Below, piece by piece: positions 48,572-59,385 of a stretch of 64,000 nt of DNA; position 1 is the first letter of the stretch; every line of letters begins with the position of its first letter. This DNA comes from an uncultured Eubacteriales bacterium (GTDB lineage: Bacteria; Bacillota; Clostridia; Peptostreptococcales; Anaerovoracaceae): positions 14,897 to 78,896 of the forward strand of contig CASEOD010000028.1 in NCBI GenBank assembly GCA_949289445.1, written 5' to 3'. The position numbers and the translations under genes were made by a program. The notes beneath the pieces are model-generated. The model made no database searches. It worked only from the letters and a program-made list of their open reading frames with translations, and was not told the DNA's origin.

Positions 48572-50089
48572 TTATAAAGATTTGTATGTTCCGTTTGCGC
48601 GAAGCTCCTGCAGTGCTTTCATAGCATTCTCGTGAGCTTCTTCCGGCGCTTCTGCCGGTTTGCCGTTCTTCAGTTTTCCGAAGAAATTGGTGTATGAACC
48701 GTCAGCATAGATAATGTTTCCGCCCCATGCAGCTGTTGCCACAGAGATAATCGGGTTCACCAGATTTACAAAACAGAACGGCAGATATGCAAAGGTGCTG
48801 ACACCCAGCATGGAGGAGTGATATGCGCCGCAGGAGGACCATGGAACAAGCGGTGACCACAGCGTCCCGCCGTCTTCCTGAGATCTTGACAGCAGATTTC
48901 TGGCAAGACCCATCTCGTCATATTTTTCCTTGTACATGGAAGCAGGTACAATCAGCCCCAGATACTGGTCACACATGGTGGTGATACAGAACATAGCCGT
49001 AAGAATTGTAACTGCAACCATCTGAAATGGTGTCTTTACTTTTCTGATAATACCGCCCAAAATAGATTCTACAGCGCCGATCTGACTGTAAATACCGCCG
49101 AATCCGATGGCGATCATCGCAATGTTGATTGTCCAGAACATGGAATCCATTCCGCCTCTGTTCAGCAGCAGATCCGCCAGTTCGTTTCCGGTTTCTGCAG
49201 AATATCCGTAGTGTACCATTGTGATACAGTCAACAATTCCCGCGCCCTGGAAGATTACTGCAAAGATACAGCCGGTAAAGGATGAAAGCAGTACGCCCGG
49301 AAGAGCAGGCAGCTTCATCACCGCGGTAATTACAATTACCAGAATCGGCAGAAGGAGCAGAGGGCTCATATGATTGAAATGGCTGACAATAGCGTCTGAC
49401 AGACCGTTTACTACAGTCGGGTCATAAGTTCCCACATTGCCGAATATACTGATTCCTCCGAAAATCAGAAGTCCTACAATAAATGCAGGGAATGTGGTCA
49501 TAATCATAGCTCTGATGTGGTCAAACAGTCCTGTCTGAGAAGCCGCAGCAGATAAGTTCGTTGAGTCGGATAACGGGGAGAATTTGTCTCCGGTACATCC
49601 GCCGGCAAGAATGGCTCCCGCAACTAAAGCAGGATTGATTCCCATGGTATGACCGATAGTCATGAATGCAATACCCAGGGTAGCCGATACTGTGTAAGCA
49701 GAACCCAGAGAAATACCTACAATGCCACAGATAACTGCAACAGCCGGAAGGAAAACCGTCGGAGTCAGCAGTTTCAGTCCGTAGAATACAATTGCCGCAA
49801 TGGTTCCGCACCATTCAAAGGAGCCGACCAGACAGCCCACAAAGATGAGAATCAGCAGCGCTTCCATGGACTGACTGATAGCATCGATAGCCGCATTGAT
49901 CAGATCCTTAATCTTCTGTCCGCAGAATACGCCCACCGCACAGGCGACAATTGCCGCAATCAGTACAGGCACATGCGGATCTACGCCCCATGAAAGGACA
50001 TAGTTGGAAATCATCAGTCCCAGCAGAACAAGAATCGGCAGAATTGCCTCAAACTTATTCGGAAGCCTCGTGTTTTTCTTTTCTGTCAT
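48572..50089 (-). CDS. NhaC-family transporter (Na+/H+ antiporter or amino-acid/organic-acid carrier)
   Basis: GDKFSPLSDSTNL, RGGMDSM, EDGGT, LVPWSSCG; exact start uncertain. Confidence 0.88.
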   Translation of the reverse strand: MTEKKNTRLPNKFEAILPILVLLGLMISNYVLSWGVDPHVPVLIAAIVACAVGVFCGQKIKDLINAAIDAISQSMEALLILIFVGCLVGSFEWCGTIAAIVFYGLKLLTPTVFLPAVAVICGIVGISLGSAYTVSATLGIAFMTIGHTMGINPALVAGAILAGGCTGDKFSPLSDSTNLSAAASQTGLFDHIRAMIMTTFPAFIVGLLIFGGISIFGNVGTYDPTVVNGLSDAIVSHFNHMSPLLLLPILVIVITAVMKLPALPGVLLSSFTGCIFAVIFQGAGIVDCITMVHYGYSAETGNELADLLLNRGGMDSMFWTINIAMIAIGFGGIYSQIGAVESILGGIIRKVKTPFQMVAVTILTAMFCITTMCDQYLGLIVPASMYKEKYDEMGLARNLLSRSQEDGGTLWSPLVPWSSCGAYHSSMLGVSTFAYLPFCFVNLVNPIISVATAAWGGNIIYADGSYTNFFGKLKNGKPAEAPEEAHENAMKALQELRANGTYKSL

Positions 50090-50480
50090 AAAAAACATCC
50101 AAATTACAAAATAAGACCAAAAAATACATTTGTTTGCTTTATTGTACAACCGATTTGGACAATTTTTTATGACTATTTATACATATAATGGTATTTATGT
50201 TGTGTTTTATTCTGATTTTTCTAATTTCCCTGTCAATTATTAAATGTCTTTTCCCGCCTTTTCATTTGGGCAGCTGTTTTTTCTGTTGTCCGTACCATAT
50301 CAGCCCGTTTGAAAACCAATCCGGATCAGTCGCTGAAAACACAGTAACCGCCGGCAAAGCAGAAAAATACCCCGACAGTTCCCGCGAATCTCTTCGTGTT
50401 TCACCATCAGGGTATATCTCAATTCTTATTCTTCAGGTATCTTCACCGCACATTCCTCAGATGTCAGAGTCAGCTCACGG

Positions 50481-53240
50481 TTACGATCTTCCGCAGCAGT
50501 TTTTGTATTTCTTGCCGCTGCCGCACGGACAAGGATCGTTTCTTCCCACCTTCGGCTGTTCACGTCTGTAGGTTTCCGGTTTTCCTTCCCTCTCAGGCAC
50601 CTGCGCCTCTTCAGGCAACTGACCCTGTCCCTGCATTGCGCGAGATGCGCTGTCATCCACATAATCGGATTTGGTCGCTTTCTCAGCCTCCATGATGGCT
50701 TTTCTCTGAGTCTTGGTTTCTACGGTCACATTGTAGCAGTATTTCACCGTATCCTCCTGGATTGCGCTGATCATCTGCTCAAACATGTCAAACCCTTCTT
50801 TTGCATACGCTGCAGCAGGATCCTGCTGACCCAGTGCCCGCAGGCCGATTCCGGATTTCAGCTGATCCATGGCGTCAATATGATCCATCCAGAGATTATC
50901 CACAACACGAAGCAGGATCATCCGCTCTACTTCTCGCATCTGCTCGCTTCCGATTTCGGCTTCCTTGGCATCGTAGAGAGATTCAAACTCACTGATAACA
51001 GATTCCCGCAGAGATTCTTCTGTCATGGTATTGAGTTCCTCCGTTGTATAGGAGGTCTTGCCTCTGTACTGAGCCGTAATCTTTTTCAGATTCCTTGTCA
51101 GAGTCTCAAAATCCCATTCTTCCGGGAATTTGGAGTCTACTACAATAGGATCGATGATGGCATTCACAATGGTAGACATCATATTCATGATGTCACTCCT
51201 CAGATCCTCCCCGAAGAGTACCTTGCGACGTTCATCGTAAATGACCTCTCTCTGTTTGTTCATGACATTATCGTACTGCAGTACATATTTTCTGATGCCG
51301 AAGTTCTTGCCTTCCACTTTCTTCTGGGCGCCTTCAATGGCACGGGAAAGCATACCGCCTTCGATGGCCTCATCCTCGTCAAGTCCCATTCGGTCAACCA
51401 GTTTCTGCATTCTGTCTCCGCCGAAAAGACGAATCAGTTCATCCTCCAGAGAAATGAAAAACTGGGTCTGACCCGGGTCGCCCTGACGACCGGAACGGCC
51501 TCTCAGCTGATTATCGATACGTCTTGATTCATGGCGCTCAGTACCGATGATGCAGAGTCCGCCCATTTCAACCACTTTGTTCTGCTCCTCTTTGCGTTCT
51601 TCCTTAAACTGCCTGTGGAGCTGGTTGAATTTTTCTCTGGCCTCATTCATCTCGGGATCATCGGATTTAACAAAGCTGGATGCAAAGGAAACTGCCTCTT
51701 CGCTGTATCCCAGCTTTTTCATTTCACGTTTGGCCTCAAATTCCGGATTTCCGCCCAGAATAATGTCTGTACCACGACCGGCCATATTGGTGGCAATAGT
51801 TACCATGCCAAGACGTCCGGCTTCTGCAACGATTTCGGCTTCCTTTTCATGCTGCTTGGCGTTGAGCACATTATGCTTTACCCCCCGCTTCTTCAGCATA
51901 TCACTGATAAGTTCAGACTTCTCGATGGAAATGGTGCCCACCAGTACAGGCTGACCCGTCTGATGAACTTCAGCAACTCTATCTGCAATAGCCTTAAACT
52001 TCGCCCGCTCGGTCTGATAAACACTGTCATCCAGATCTTTTCTGGCAATCGGCTTATTGGTAGGAATTACCACAACATCCATGTTGTAAATATCTCTGAA
52101 TTCATCTTCTTCCGTCTTTGCTGTACCCGTCATGCCGGCCAGCTTGTTGTACATTCTGAAATAGTTCTGCAGTGTAATGGTTGCCAGCGTCTTCGACTCG
52201 GAACGTACCAGAACTCTTTCCTTGGCTTCGATAGCCTGATGCAGACCGTTGGAATATCTTCTACCAAACATGAGACGTCCGGTGAACTCATCTACGATGA
52301 CAATTTCTCCGTCTTTGACAATATAATCCACATCACGCTCCATCAGGTTACGCGCCTTCAGTGCCTGCAGCACGTGATGATTGATTTCCATATTTTCGGG
52401 ATCACCGTAGTTATCCACCTTGAAAAAGGCTTCAGCCTTCTGTACCCCCTCATCGGTCAGCGCAACCTGCTGATCCTTTTCCTCCACTGTAAAATCAGTG
52501 TCCTTCGTCAGCCCCGTGACAAATCTGTCCGCAATCTTGTAAAGATCTGTGGATTTTGAGCCTTTCCCCGAAATGATCAGCGGCGTTCTGGCTTCATCCA
52601 CCAGAATGGAGTCCACTTCGTCGATGATGGCAAAATTCAGGTCTCTCTGCATCAGTTCTTCCTGATAAATGACCATATTGTCTCTCAGATAATCGAAACC
52701 GAACTCATTGTTGGTTCCATAGGTAATATCTGCCAGATAAGCGGCTCTTCTCTCCTCGTTACTGATACCGTGAATGACACATCCCACAGTCAGTCCCAGG
52801 AAGGAGTAGAGTTTACCCATCCACTCAGCGTCACGTTTTGCCAGATAATCATTGACAGTAACAACATGCACACCTTTGCCTTCCAGCGCATTGAGATATG
52901 CTGCCAGTGTTGCCACCAGTGTTTTACCTTCACCGGTTTTCATTTCGGAGATTCTGCCCTGATGCAGAACCACACCGCCTACAAGCTGCACACGAAAATG
53001 CTTCATGCCGAGACTTCTTACAGCACCTTCACGGCATACCGCAAAGGCTTCGGGCAGAATATCATCCAGAGTTTCCCCATTCTTAAGCCGTTCTTTCAGT
53101 TTGGGCGTCATCGCCTGCAGTTCCTCATCGGACAAAGCCTGCATCTGTCCGTCCAGTGCCTCTATTTTATCTACAATTTTATAGATTTTTTTCAGTTCTT
53201 TTTCGTTCAGATCTCCGAAGATCTTTTCCATTAAAGACAT
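50481..53240 (-). CDS. secA: Preprotein translocase subunit SecA
   Basis: [62 protein letters not shown]. Confidence 0.98.
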   Translation of the reverse strand: MSLMEKIFGDLNEKELKKIYKIVDKIEALDGQMQALSDEELQAMTPKLKERLKNGETLDDILPEAFAVCREGAVRSLGMKHFRVQLVGGVVLHQGRISEMKTGEGKTLVATLAAYLNALEGKGVHVVTVNDYLAKRDAEWMGKLYSFLGLTVGCVIHGISNEERRAAYLADITYGTNNEFGFDYLRDNMVIYQEELMQRDLNFAIIDEVDSILVDEARTPLIISGKGSKSTDLYKIADRFVTGLTKDTDFTVEEKDQQVALTDEGVQKAEAFFKVDNYGDPENMEINHHVLQALKARNLMERDVDYIVKDGEIVIVDEFTGRLMFGRRYSNGLHQAIEAKERVLVRSESKTLATITLQNYFRMYNKLAGMTGTAKTEEDEFRDIYNMDVVVIPTNKPIARKDLDDSVYQTERAKFKAIADRVAEVHQTGQPVLVGTISIEKSELISDMLKKRGVKHNVLNAKQHEKEAEIVAEAGRLGMVTIATNMAGRGTDIILGGNPEFEAKREMKKLGYSEEAVSFASSFVKSDDPEMNEAREKFNQLHRQFKEERKEEQNKVVEMGGLCIIGTERHESRRIDNQLRGRSGRQGDPGQTQFFISLEDELIRLFGGDRMQKLVDRMGLDEDEAIEGGMLSRAIEGAQKKVEGKNFGIRKYVLQYDNVMNKQREVIYDERRKVLFGEDLRSDIMNMMSTIVNAIIDPIVVDSKFPEEWDFETLTRNLKKITAQYRGKTSYTTEELNTMTEESLRESVISEFESLYDAKEAEIGSEQMREVERMILLRVVDNLWMDHIDAMDQLKSGIGLRALGQQDPAAAYAKEGFDMFEQMISAIQEDTVKYCYNVTVETKTQRKAIMEAEKATKSDYVDDSASRAMQGQGQLPEEAQVPEREGKPETYRREQPKVGRNDPCPCGSGKKYKNCCGRS

Positions 53241-53247
53241 CTCTTCG

Positions 53248-54537
53248 CTAATTCCCCTTTCTGTTTACTTGTTCTTCTTCCGGTTTTTCCGTAACCTTCA
53301 GATTGATTTCTATCGCTTTTCGCTCATCAGCCTGAATTACCCGCACCGCAAACACCTTGCGGCCCACTTCATATTCAAAAGTATCTCCGGCTTTCGGCAG
53401 CTTATCCAGCTGCAGAACGACCCATCCGTTGACAGTGGTTGCGTCTTCCAGTTCCACTTCCTCATCAAAATAGTCGAACATCTTTTCCACGTTGGTGCTG
53501 CACAGCACTCTGTAGCTTCCGTCCTGCATTCTGGTGATTTCCTGAGACTGAACTTCGTCATGCTCGTCATAGATGTCGCCTACCAGTTCTTCCAGAATAT
53601 CCTCCATGGTGACAAGTCCTGCGGTACCGCCGTATTCATCGACGATAATGGCGATATGAGTCTTGTTGATCTGCAGTTTTTTCAGCAGATCCGCTGCCTT
53701 GATGGAACCTGCCACATAGACAACCGGCTTTACATAGTCGGAAATGGTTTTCTTGGAACCGGAAATATAGTTGTGAAAATCCTTCTGATTGAGCACTCCC
53801 AGAATCTTGTCCAGATCCCCTTCATAAACCGGCAGTCTCGAATAACCTGTTTCCATAAACATCTTTGCCACATCTTTCTTTGTGGAATCTATCTCAATCG
53901 CCTTAATGTCCACACGGGGCGTCAGTACATCCCATGCTTCCAGATCATTAAACTCAATGGCATTCTGAATCAGTTCACTCTGACCCGCCTCTATACTGCC
54001 TTCTGTCTCAGCTTCCTCAACGATGGTCAGAAGCTCGTCTTCTGTGATTCCCCGGCTGTCCACCATCTTGAACATCTTCGACAGCAGCTTTTTCCACTGG
54101 CTGAACAGGAAATTTACAGGCGTCAGTATCACCATCAGCACATGAATAATCGGTGCTGAAAACATGGCAAAGCTTTCCGGACTTTCCTTCGCCAGACTCT
54201 TAGGTGAGATTTCTCCAAAAATTAAAACCACGATTGTTGCCACGATAGTGGAAAGAGTCGCGCCGTATTCCGGACTCAGTTCCAGAAAGATTGCTGTTGC
54301 TACAGCAGTAAGACCGATATTTACCAGATTGTTTCCTATCAGAATTGTGGAAAGCAGATTATCATACTTGCTCTCTAAGGCCAGCACTCTCTTGGCCCTC
54401 TTATCCCCGTCAGCGGCCAGGTTCTTCATTCTGATCCTGTTGATGGATGTAAAAGAAGTCTCTGTAGCCGAAAAATAGCCCGACAAAGCCAGAAATACAA
54501 CAATAATCCCAAGTGAATACCCTATGTGACTGTCCAT
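53248..54537 (-). CDS. HlyC/CorC (CNNM + CBS pair) family protein
   Basis: [41 protein letters not shown]. Confidence 0.92.
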   Translation of the reverse strand: MDSHIGYSLGIIVVFLALSGYFSATETSFTSINRIRMKNLAADGDKRAKRVLALESKYDNLLSTILIGNNLVNIGLTAVATAIFLELSPEYGATLSTIVATIVVLIFGEISPKSLAKESPESFAMFSAPIIHVLMVILTPVNFLFSQWKKLLSKMFKMVDSRGITEDELLTIVEEAETEGSIEAGQSELIQNAIEFNDLEAWDVLTPRVDIKAIEIDSTKKDVAKMFMETGYSRLPVYEGDLDKILGVLNQKDFHNYISGSKKTISDYVKPVVYVAGSIKAADLLKKLQINKTHIAIIVDEYGGTAGLVTMEDILEELVGDIYDEHDEVQSQEITRMQDGSYRVLCSTNVEKMFDYFDEEVELEDATTVNGWVVLQLDKLPKAGDTFEYEVGRKVFAVRVIQADERKAIEINLKVTEKPEEEQVNRKGN

Positions 54538-54759
54538 ATACTTTTTATTTTCCTCCTCATGTTTCAGACGACAGAGTTTCCTGCCCGTTCACACTGCCGG
54601 TGCAGCGCTCTTCCGTCCATTATATCCATAAAATGTACTTGTAACATGTTATTTTAGCATATTTATTGTGAAAAATAAAGGTTTTTGAGTAAACTTCAAC
54701 TTTTTTCCCGTCCGATTTCGTGCTATACTGGAGTTAATACAAAAGTTGGAGGTTTTCCC

Positions 54760-55731
54760 ATGTCCACAAGAACAGAACTTTTAAAGCTGCTCCTTGCCAA
54801 TACCGGCATCTATCTGTCCGGTCAGAAAATCGGGGATGAACTGCAGGTTTCCAGAAATGCAGTCTGGAAAGCCATGCAGCAGCTCCGCAGTGAGGGCTAT
54901 CATATAGAAAGCAGACCGTCTGTAGGATACCGTCTGAAAACAAAGAGCAACATTCTGACAGAGGCTTCCGTATCCGGTCATCTTCGGTTTCCCTGCGAAC
55001 TTCATGTCTACGATACGGTAGGCTCTACCAACGACAAAGTCAGAGAATTTCCCGTCAGCGACAGACCTGTAGTTGTCATTGCCAATAAACAGGAGGCAGG
55101 CAGAGGACGTCTGGGGAGAACCTTTGTCTCACCGTCCGGCACCGGACTTTATATCACCATTGCCATCCGCCCCCGTTTCGATCTGGACAAGGCTCTCTAT
55201 GTCACTATGGCAGCAGCGGTAGCAGTCTGCCATGCCATTGAAAAAGTGGCAGGCGTAAAACCACGGATCAAATGGGTCAATGATCTTTTTTACAAAGGAA
55301 AAAAAATCTGCGGAATTCTTACAGAGGGACAGACCAATTTTGAAACAGGAAAAATTGACAGCCTGATCATCGGAATCGGCGTCAACTGTTTCCCCGGCAG
55401 TTTTCCAAAAGACATTGCCGATATCGCAGGCTCCGTATCCGAAGTAAAAAACTCCTTTTCCAGAGGACAGCTGGCAGCGGAAATCTTCAATGAAACCATG
55501 GAAATCATTGAAACGCTGGAAAGCAAAGCCTTTCTCCGGGAATACCGCACCCGATGCTTTATTCTGGGAAAAAACATCATGGTTCATCCCAATATGAGCG
55601 AAAAGCCCATAAAAGCGCGTGCCATCGATATCGATGACAACGGAGGACTGGTGGTGGAATATATGGAGGGGCGCAGAATGCGCCAGATCGATACACTGAC
55701 TACAGGAGAGGTCTCCATCAGACCGGAGTAG
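54760..55731 (+). CDS. birA: Bifunctional biotin ligase/repressor
   Basis: HTH SGQKIG...VSRNAVWK, GRGRLGR, KWVND, KICGIL; start ATG 54760 behind GGAGG. Confidence 0.95.
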   Translation: MSTRTELLKLLLANTGIYLSGQKIGDELQVSRNAVWKAMQQLRSEGYHIESRPSVGYRLKTKSNILTEASVSGHLRFPCELHVYDTVGSTNDKVREFPVSDRPVVVIANKQEAGRGRLGRTFVSPSGTGLYITIAIRPRFDLDKALYVTMAAAVAVCHAIEKVAGVKPRIKWVNDLFYKGKKICGILTEGQTNFETGKIDSLIIGIGVNCFPGSFPKDIADIAGSVSEVKNSFSRGQLAAEIFNETMEIIETLESKAFLREYRTRCFILGKNIMVHPNMSEKPIKARAIDIDDNGGLVVEYMEGRRMRQIDTLTTGEVSIRPE

Positions 55732-55882
55732 TTCCCTGCATCACTGAAAATTCCATCCCTGAAAAAAACCGGGGTAATCTGCTTTTGTTCTGCAGTTCCC
55801 CGGATATTTTATATTCAGATACTTTCTTTGAAGGTTTCCCGGACCGGGATTCCAATACACCCGCCGGGAACCCGTTTGCACC

Positions 55883-57604
55883 TTACTCAAACAGTTCTTT
55901 GGCTTTTAGCAGCTCTTTTGTAATTTTAATATGCTGAGGACAGACATCTTCGCAGGCGCCACACTGAATGCACTTTGAAGCAAGCCCTCCTTCTCTGGTC
56001 TCCCATGCATAGTTCCCCTCGGCACCCTCCTTGTTGCCGTAAATCATATAATTATTCATGGCTCTGAAAATACCCGGTATGGCAACTTTCTGCACACAGC
56101 CCTTTTCACAGTATCCACAGGCTGTACACGGTACCTGAGGCATTGCATCAAGAGCGTCCCGTACCCGGTCTATCACTGCATATTCCTCGTCAGACAGCGG
56201 TTCAAAATTCTCCATAGTCTGTAGATTGTCCCGCATCTGTTCTAAATTGCTCATCCCGCTTAAAACCGTAAGCACACCGTCCAGAGATGCCGCATAACGG
56301 ATCGCCCAGGAGGACAGAGATTTTTCCGGAGCCGCTTCTTTAAAAATCGCAGCAATTTTCTCCGGCAGATTTGCCAGAGAACCACCTTTGACAGGCTCCA
56401 TAATAATTACAGGCTTATTATATCTGCGAGCTGTTTCATAACATTTTTCGGCCTCTACAGTTGGGCTTTTCCAGTCAGCATAATTGATCTGCAGCTGAAC
56501 AAAATCCATCTCCGGATGAGCTGCCAGTACCTTCTCCAGTTCCTCTGCCTTATCGTGCATGGAAAATCCCAGCTGTCTGATAAGTCCTTCTTCCTTCTTC
56601 TTCGCCAGGAAATCCCAAATCTTAAAATCGTCAAAAGGCTGTGTCCTCTTATCACCCAGATTATGAAGCAGGAAAAAGTCGAAATATCCCGCTCCGGTCC
56701 TTCTCAGTGAAGTTTCAAACATAGCTTCCGCCTCTTCCCTTGTAGAAGCACACCATGCAGGCAGCTTGGTTGCAAGCTGAAAACTGTCTCTCGGATAACG
56801 ATCCACCAAAGCGATCTTTGCAGCTTCCTCCGACTTTCCGTCCAGGTATCCCCAGGCAGTATCAAAATAAGTAAATCCTTTGGAAAGAAACAGATCCACC
56901 ATTTCCCCGGTCTGTTCCAGATCTACATCCTCCCCTTTCATAGGCAGGCGCATCAGGCCAAAGCCCAGTTTTTTTATCTCTGAAATTTTTTCATACATGA
57001 CAGGTTCACCTTCCTTAAAATCAACTCTGTATCCAAAACCGGGAGCCGGCATCCAGCTCCATATATTACACTCAACCTGAGGAAACAGCTCATTCATCAC
57101 CGCAGAAATCACCCCGCCGTGACAGACAACCACTGATACCGTATCCCTGCCGTTGTGGCGATGAGAGAGTTCTTTCAGACGATGGCAGGCAAGAAGTTCT
57201 TTCAGTCCCCGGGATATTCTGGCGGCAAACTGATTGCGGGTTTCGCCTCCGTCCAGAGGCGCATCACCGGTTTCGTCCCAGCACCATGCAGAAAACTGAA
57301 CATCATCTTTCAGCTCGTCATAAGAGTGACACTCGTACCGTCCGAATTTCATCTCCTGCAGCTGTGCAATAACCTTTCTCGGCCTCTTTCCAAATAGAAT
57401 CTCAAAGGTCTGCTCCGTCCTCCGAAGTCCTGTGGTATAGCAGTCCGCATCCTCGTCAAGATCGGGATATACACCTTTTTCCGCCAGTCGTTTTAGCTCT
57501 GCGGCGCCTTCCTCGGTCAGCGGTATATCGGCACTGCCGTAAAACCATTTTTTCAGGTTTCCCTCTGTAATTCCGTGCCGGATCAGATAAATTCTTGAGC
57601 TCAT
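55883..57604 (-). CDS. Fusion: CobC-like histidine phosphatase + aldo/keto reductase with C-terminal 4Fe-4S motifs
   Basis: LIRHG and VCHGG phosphatase motifs in aa 1-200; LGFGLMRLP, FDTAWGY, LATKLP, MEPVKGG, CTACGYC, CIQCGACEDVCPQ thereafter. Confidence 0.88.
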   Translation of the reverse strand: MSSRIYLIRHGITEGNLKKWFYGSADIPLTEEGAAELKRLAEKGVYPDLDEDADCYTTGLRRTEQTFEILFGKRPRKVIAQLQEMKFGRYECHSYDELKDDVQFSAWCWDETGDAPLDGGETRNQFAARISRGLKELLACHRLKELSHRHNGRDTVSVVVCHGGVISAVMNELFPQVECNIWSWMPAPGFGYRVDFKEGEPVMYEKISEIKKLGFGLMRLPMKGEDVDLEQTGEMVDLFLSKGFTYFDTAWGYLDGKSEEAAKIALVDRYPRDSFQLATKLPAWCASTREEAEAMFETSLRRTGAGYFDFFLLHNLGDKRTQPFDDFKIWDFLAKKKEEGLIRQLGFSMHDKAEELEKVLAAHPEMDFVQLQINYADWKSPTVEAEKCYETARRYNKPVIIMEPVKGGSLANLPEKIAAIFKEAAPEKSLSSWAIRYAASLDGVLTVLSGMSNLEQMRDNLQTMENFEPLSDEEYAVIDRVRDALDAMPQVPCTACGYCEKGCVQKVAIPGIFRAMNNYMIYGNKEGAEGNYAWETREGGLASKCIQCGACEDVCPQHIKITKELLKAKELFE

Positions 57605-57985
57605 TTACTTCACCCTGCTGCCGATACCGCAGAACACGCGGATGACCTCTTCAGCCTCTCCGCCCAGATATGTCATGCACCTGCCGGTCATCTCTCTCCA
57701 TGCCCGTTCTGTCTTGTCCATAGGCACTACTCCCTGGGAAATATCGTCGCAGATGATAATCTTGTCCCGCAGTTTATCTATGTTCTCTTCCAGACATTCT
57801 CCGGCGCTGACATCCTCTTTAATACAGGCCAGAATAAAACGCTCCAGACTGTTGATCACCTTTTTGTCAAAATTGATCACCATGGTTTCCATGTCACAGT
57901 GATACACATCTTTTTCTGTCAGACCATACGTTTTCAAAGCATACTCCAGTTTGCCCTGATAAGCTCCGCCAAAAATCAATAACAT
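57605..57985 (-). CDS. Short CobU/CobP-like protein
   Basis: GGAYQGK P-loop and DISQGVVPMDKTERAWRE...VIRVFCG CobU C-terminal motif. Confidence 0.8.
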   Translation of the reverse strand: MLLIFGGAYQGKLEYALKTYGLTEKDVYHCDMETMVINFDKKVINSLERFILACIKEDVSAGECLEENIDKLRDKIIICDDISQGVVPMDKTERAWREMTGRCMTYLGGEAEEVIRVFCGIGSRVK

Positions 57986-58037
57986 ACTCTTTCCTCAAAT
58001 TCCTTTCTTTTTTCTTTTCCTTCTGTATAGAAAAATC

Positions 58038-58793
58038 CTACAGCACTGCCAGAGCAAAGATTCCCGCCAGTTCACTGATACAGATGGTATATCCGGCAAT
58101 ATCGCCGCTCATTCCTCCCAGCTGTTTTCTTGCATAGAGACAGGCGAGAAATCCCGTCGCGCCGACAACAGCCGCAATAATAAGCAGCTTTAGCCAGCCT
58201 CCTCCCAGAAGTACTGCAATACCGTATACGACAGCCGTCTGAGCCAGCACTGCCAGCCGGTATTTCCATCTTCCCGCCGCCTTGTAATCCTCTGCATACT
58301 GACTGTGGCCGATAGGACGATAAAGCAGTACGCTGATCCCGCTGATCGCCCTGCTTGCCACAGGCAGAATCAGCAGATCCGCATAGCCGATTCGGTAAAT
58401 TGCTGTGCTCATTGCCGCAAACCAGGCCAGAAGCAGAAAAACAACCGTAACAACCGCAAAAGCACCCACTGTTGAGTCCTTCAGAATTCTCTGCCGTTCT
58501 TCAAGAGGTCTTCTCGACATAATGGCATCATTACAGTCCATAAAACCATCCATATGCATAAATCCGCAGATGGCAAAAATATAAAACATCATTACAAATC
58601 CGATAAGCAGGGGAGAAATCCCGGTACGCAGCAGCACCCAGAACAAGCCCGCCCACAGCATGCCGATGACAAGACCGACAGAGGGCAGAAATGCCAGCAT
58701 CATATTTTTCAGGCTGCTGTCCCATCGCTTATACGGACAGGGCAGGGTAATAAAGTTCCCCCATGCCATAAAAAAACCGATCACAAATTTCAT
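58038..58793 (-). CDS. cobS: Adenosylcobinamide-GDP ribazoletransferase (cobamide synthase)
   Basis: GFMHMDGFMDCND, ILKDSTVGAFA, GGMSGDIAG. Confidence 0.93.
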   Translation of the reverse strand: MKFVIGFFMAWGNFITLPCPYKRWDSSLKNMMLAFLPSVGLVIGMLWAGLFWVLLRTGISPLLIGFVMMFYIFAICGFMHMDGFMDCNDAIMSRRPLEERQRILKDSTVGAFAVVTVVFLLLAWFAAMSTAIYRIGYADLLILPVASRAISGISVLLYRPIGHSQYAEDYKAAGRWKYRLAVLAQTAVVYGIAVLLGGGWLKLLIIAAVVGATGFLACLYARKQLGGMSGDIAGYTICISELAGIFALAVL

Positions 58794-58851
58794 ATGTAAG
58801 TTACCTAATCGCTCTTTCAGTCAGATTCTCATGAACCGGACATCCTTTCTG

Positions 58852-59385
58852 CTATTGCTTATACTGATACAGATGAGAAAAGGACACCTCCGTCACTCTT
58901 TTGCAGACCTGCGCCAGTCTCCTGTCTATCATAGCCAGCGCCTGTCTGTACTGTTCCGTATAAACGTCAAATATCCGGCTGTCCGAGTAAATGTAGTCTG
59001 AAACAAAAACTGTGTTTCCCGTCTTCTCGGCAAAGACGGCCAGTTCTTCGCAGAGCCGCTCTCCCGCACTCAGATCCACGCTGCCGTCCGGCAGAAACAT
59101 TTCGTTGGAAAGCAGCGCAGTAACGCTGTCCAGAAGAAATACGCCCCGGCAATCCGCCCGTTCAAGAGCCTTACAAATCTTTCTGCCCTGTTCAATGGTT
59201 TCAAACCCCCATCCTTCCCGCTCAGAAAGATGACGGGCGATTCTCGCCCTGTCCTCCTCATCGGCAGGAATCATCGTGGCAAGATAGTAAAGAGGAACTT
59301 TCTTCTCACAGGCCATGGAACGGGCGGCTCTCTGCGCATACATAGACTTGCCGTTTTTACAGCCGCCGCTGATAAATATGTTCAT
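58852..59385 (-). CDS. cobU: Adenosylcobinamide kinase/guanylyltransferase
   Basis: SGGCKNGKS, YLATM, RIARH, LLDSVTALLSNEMF. Confidence 0.85.
   Translation of the reverse strand: MNIFISGGCKNGKSMYAQRAARSMACEKKVPLYYLATMIPADEEDRARIARHLSEREGWGFETIEQGRKICKALERADCRGVFLLDSVTALLSNEMFLPDGSVDLSAGERLCEELAVFAEKTGNTVFVSDYIYSDSRIFDVYTEQYRQALAMIDRRLAQVCKRVTEVSFSHLYQYKQ

Noticed and set aside
50880-54478. Plus-strand ORFs of 215-342 aa
   Set aside because: Antisense to secA and the CorC-family gene; codon-bias shadows
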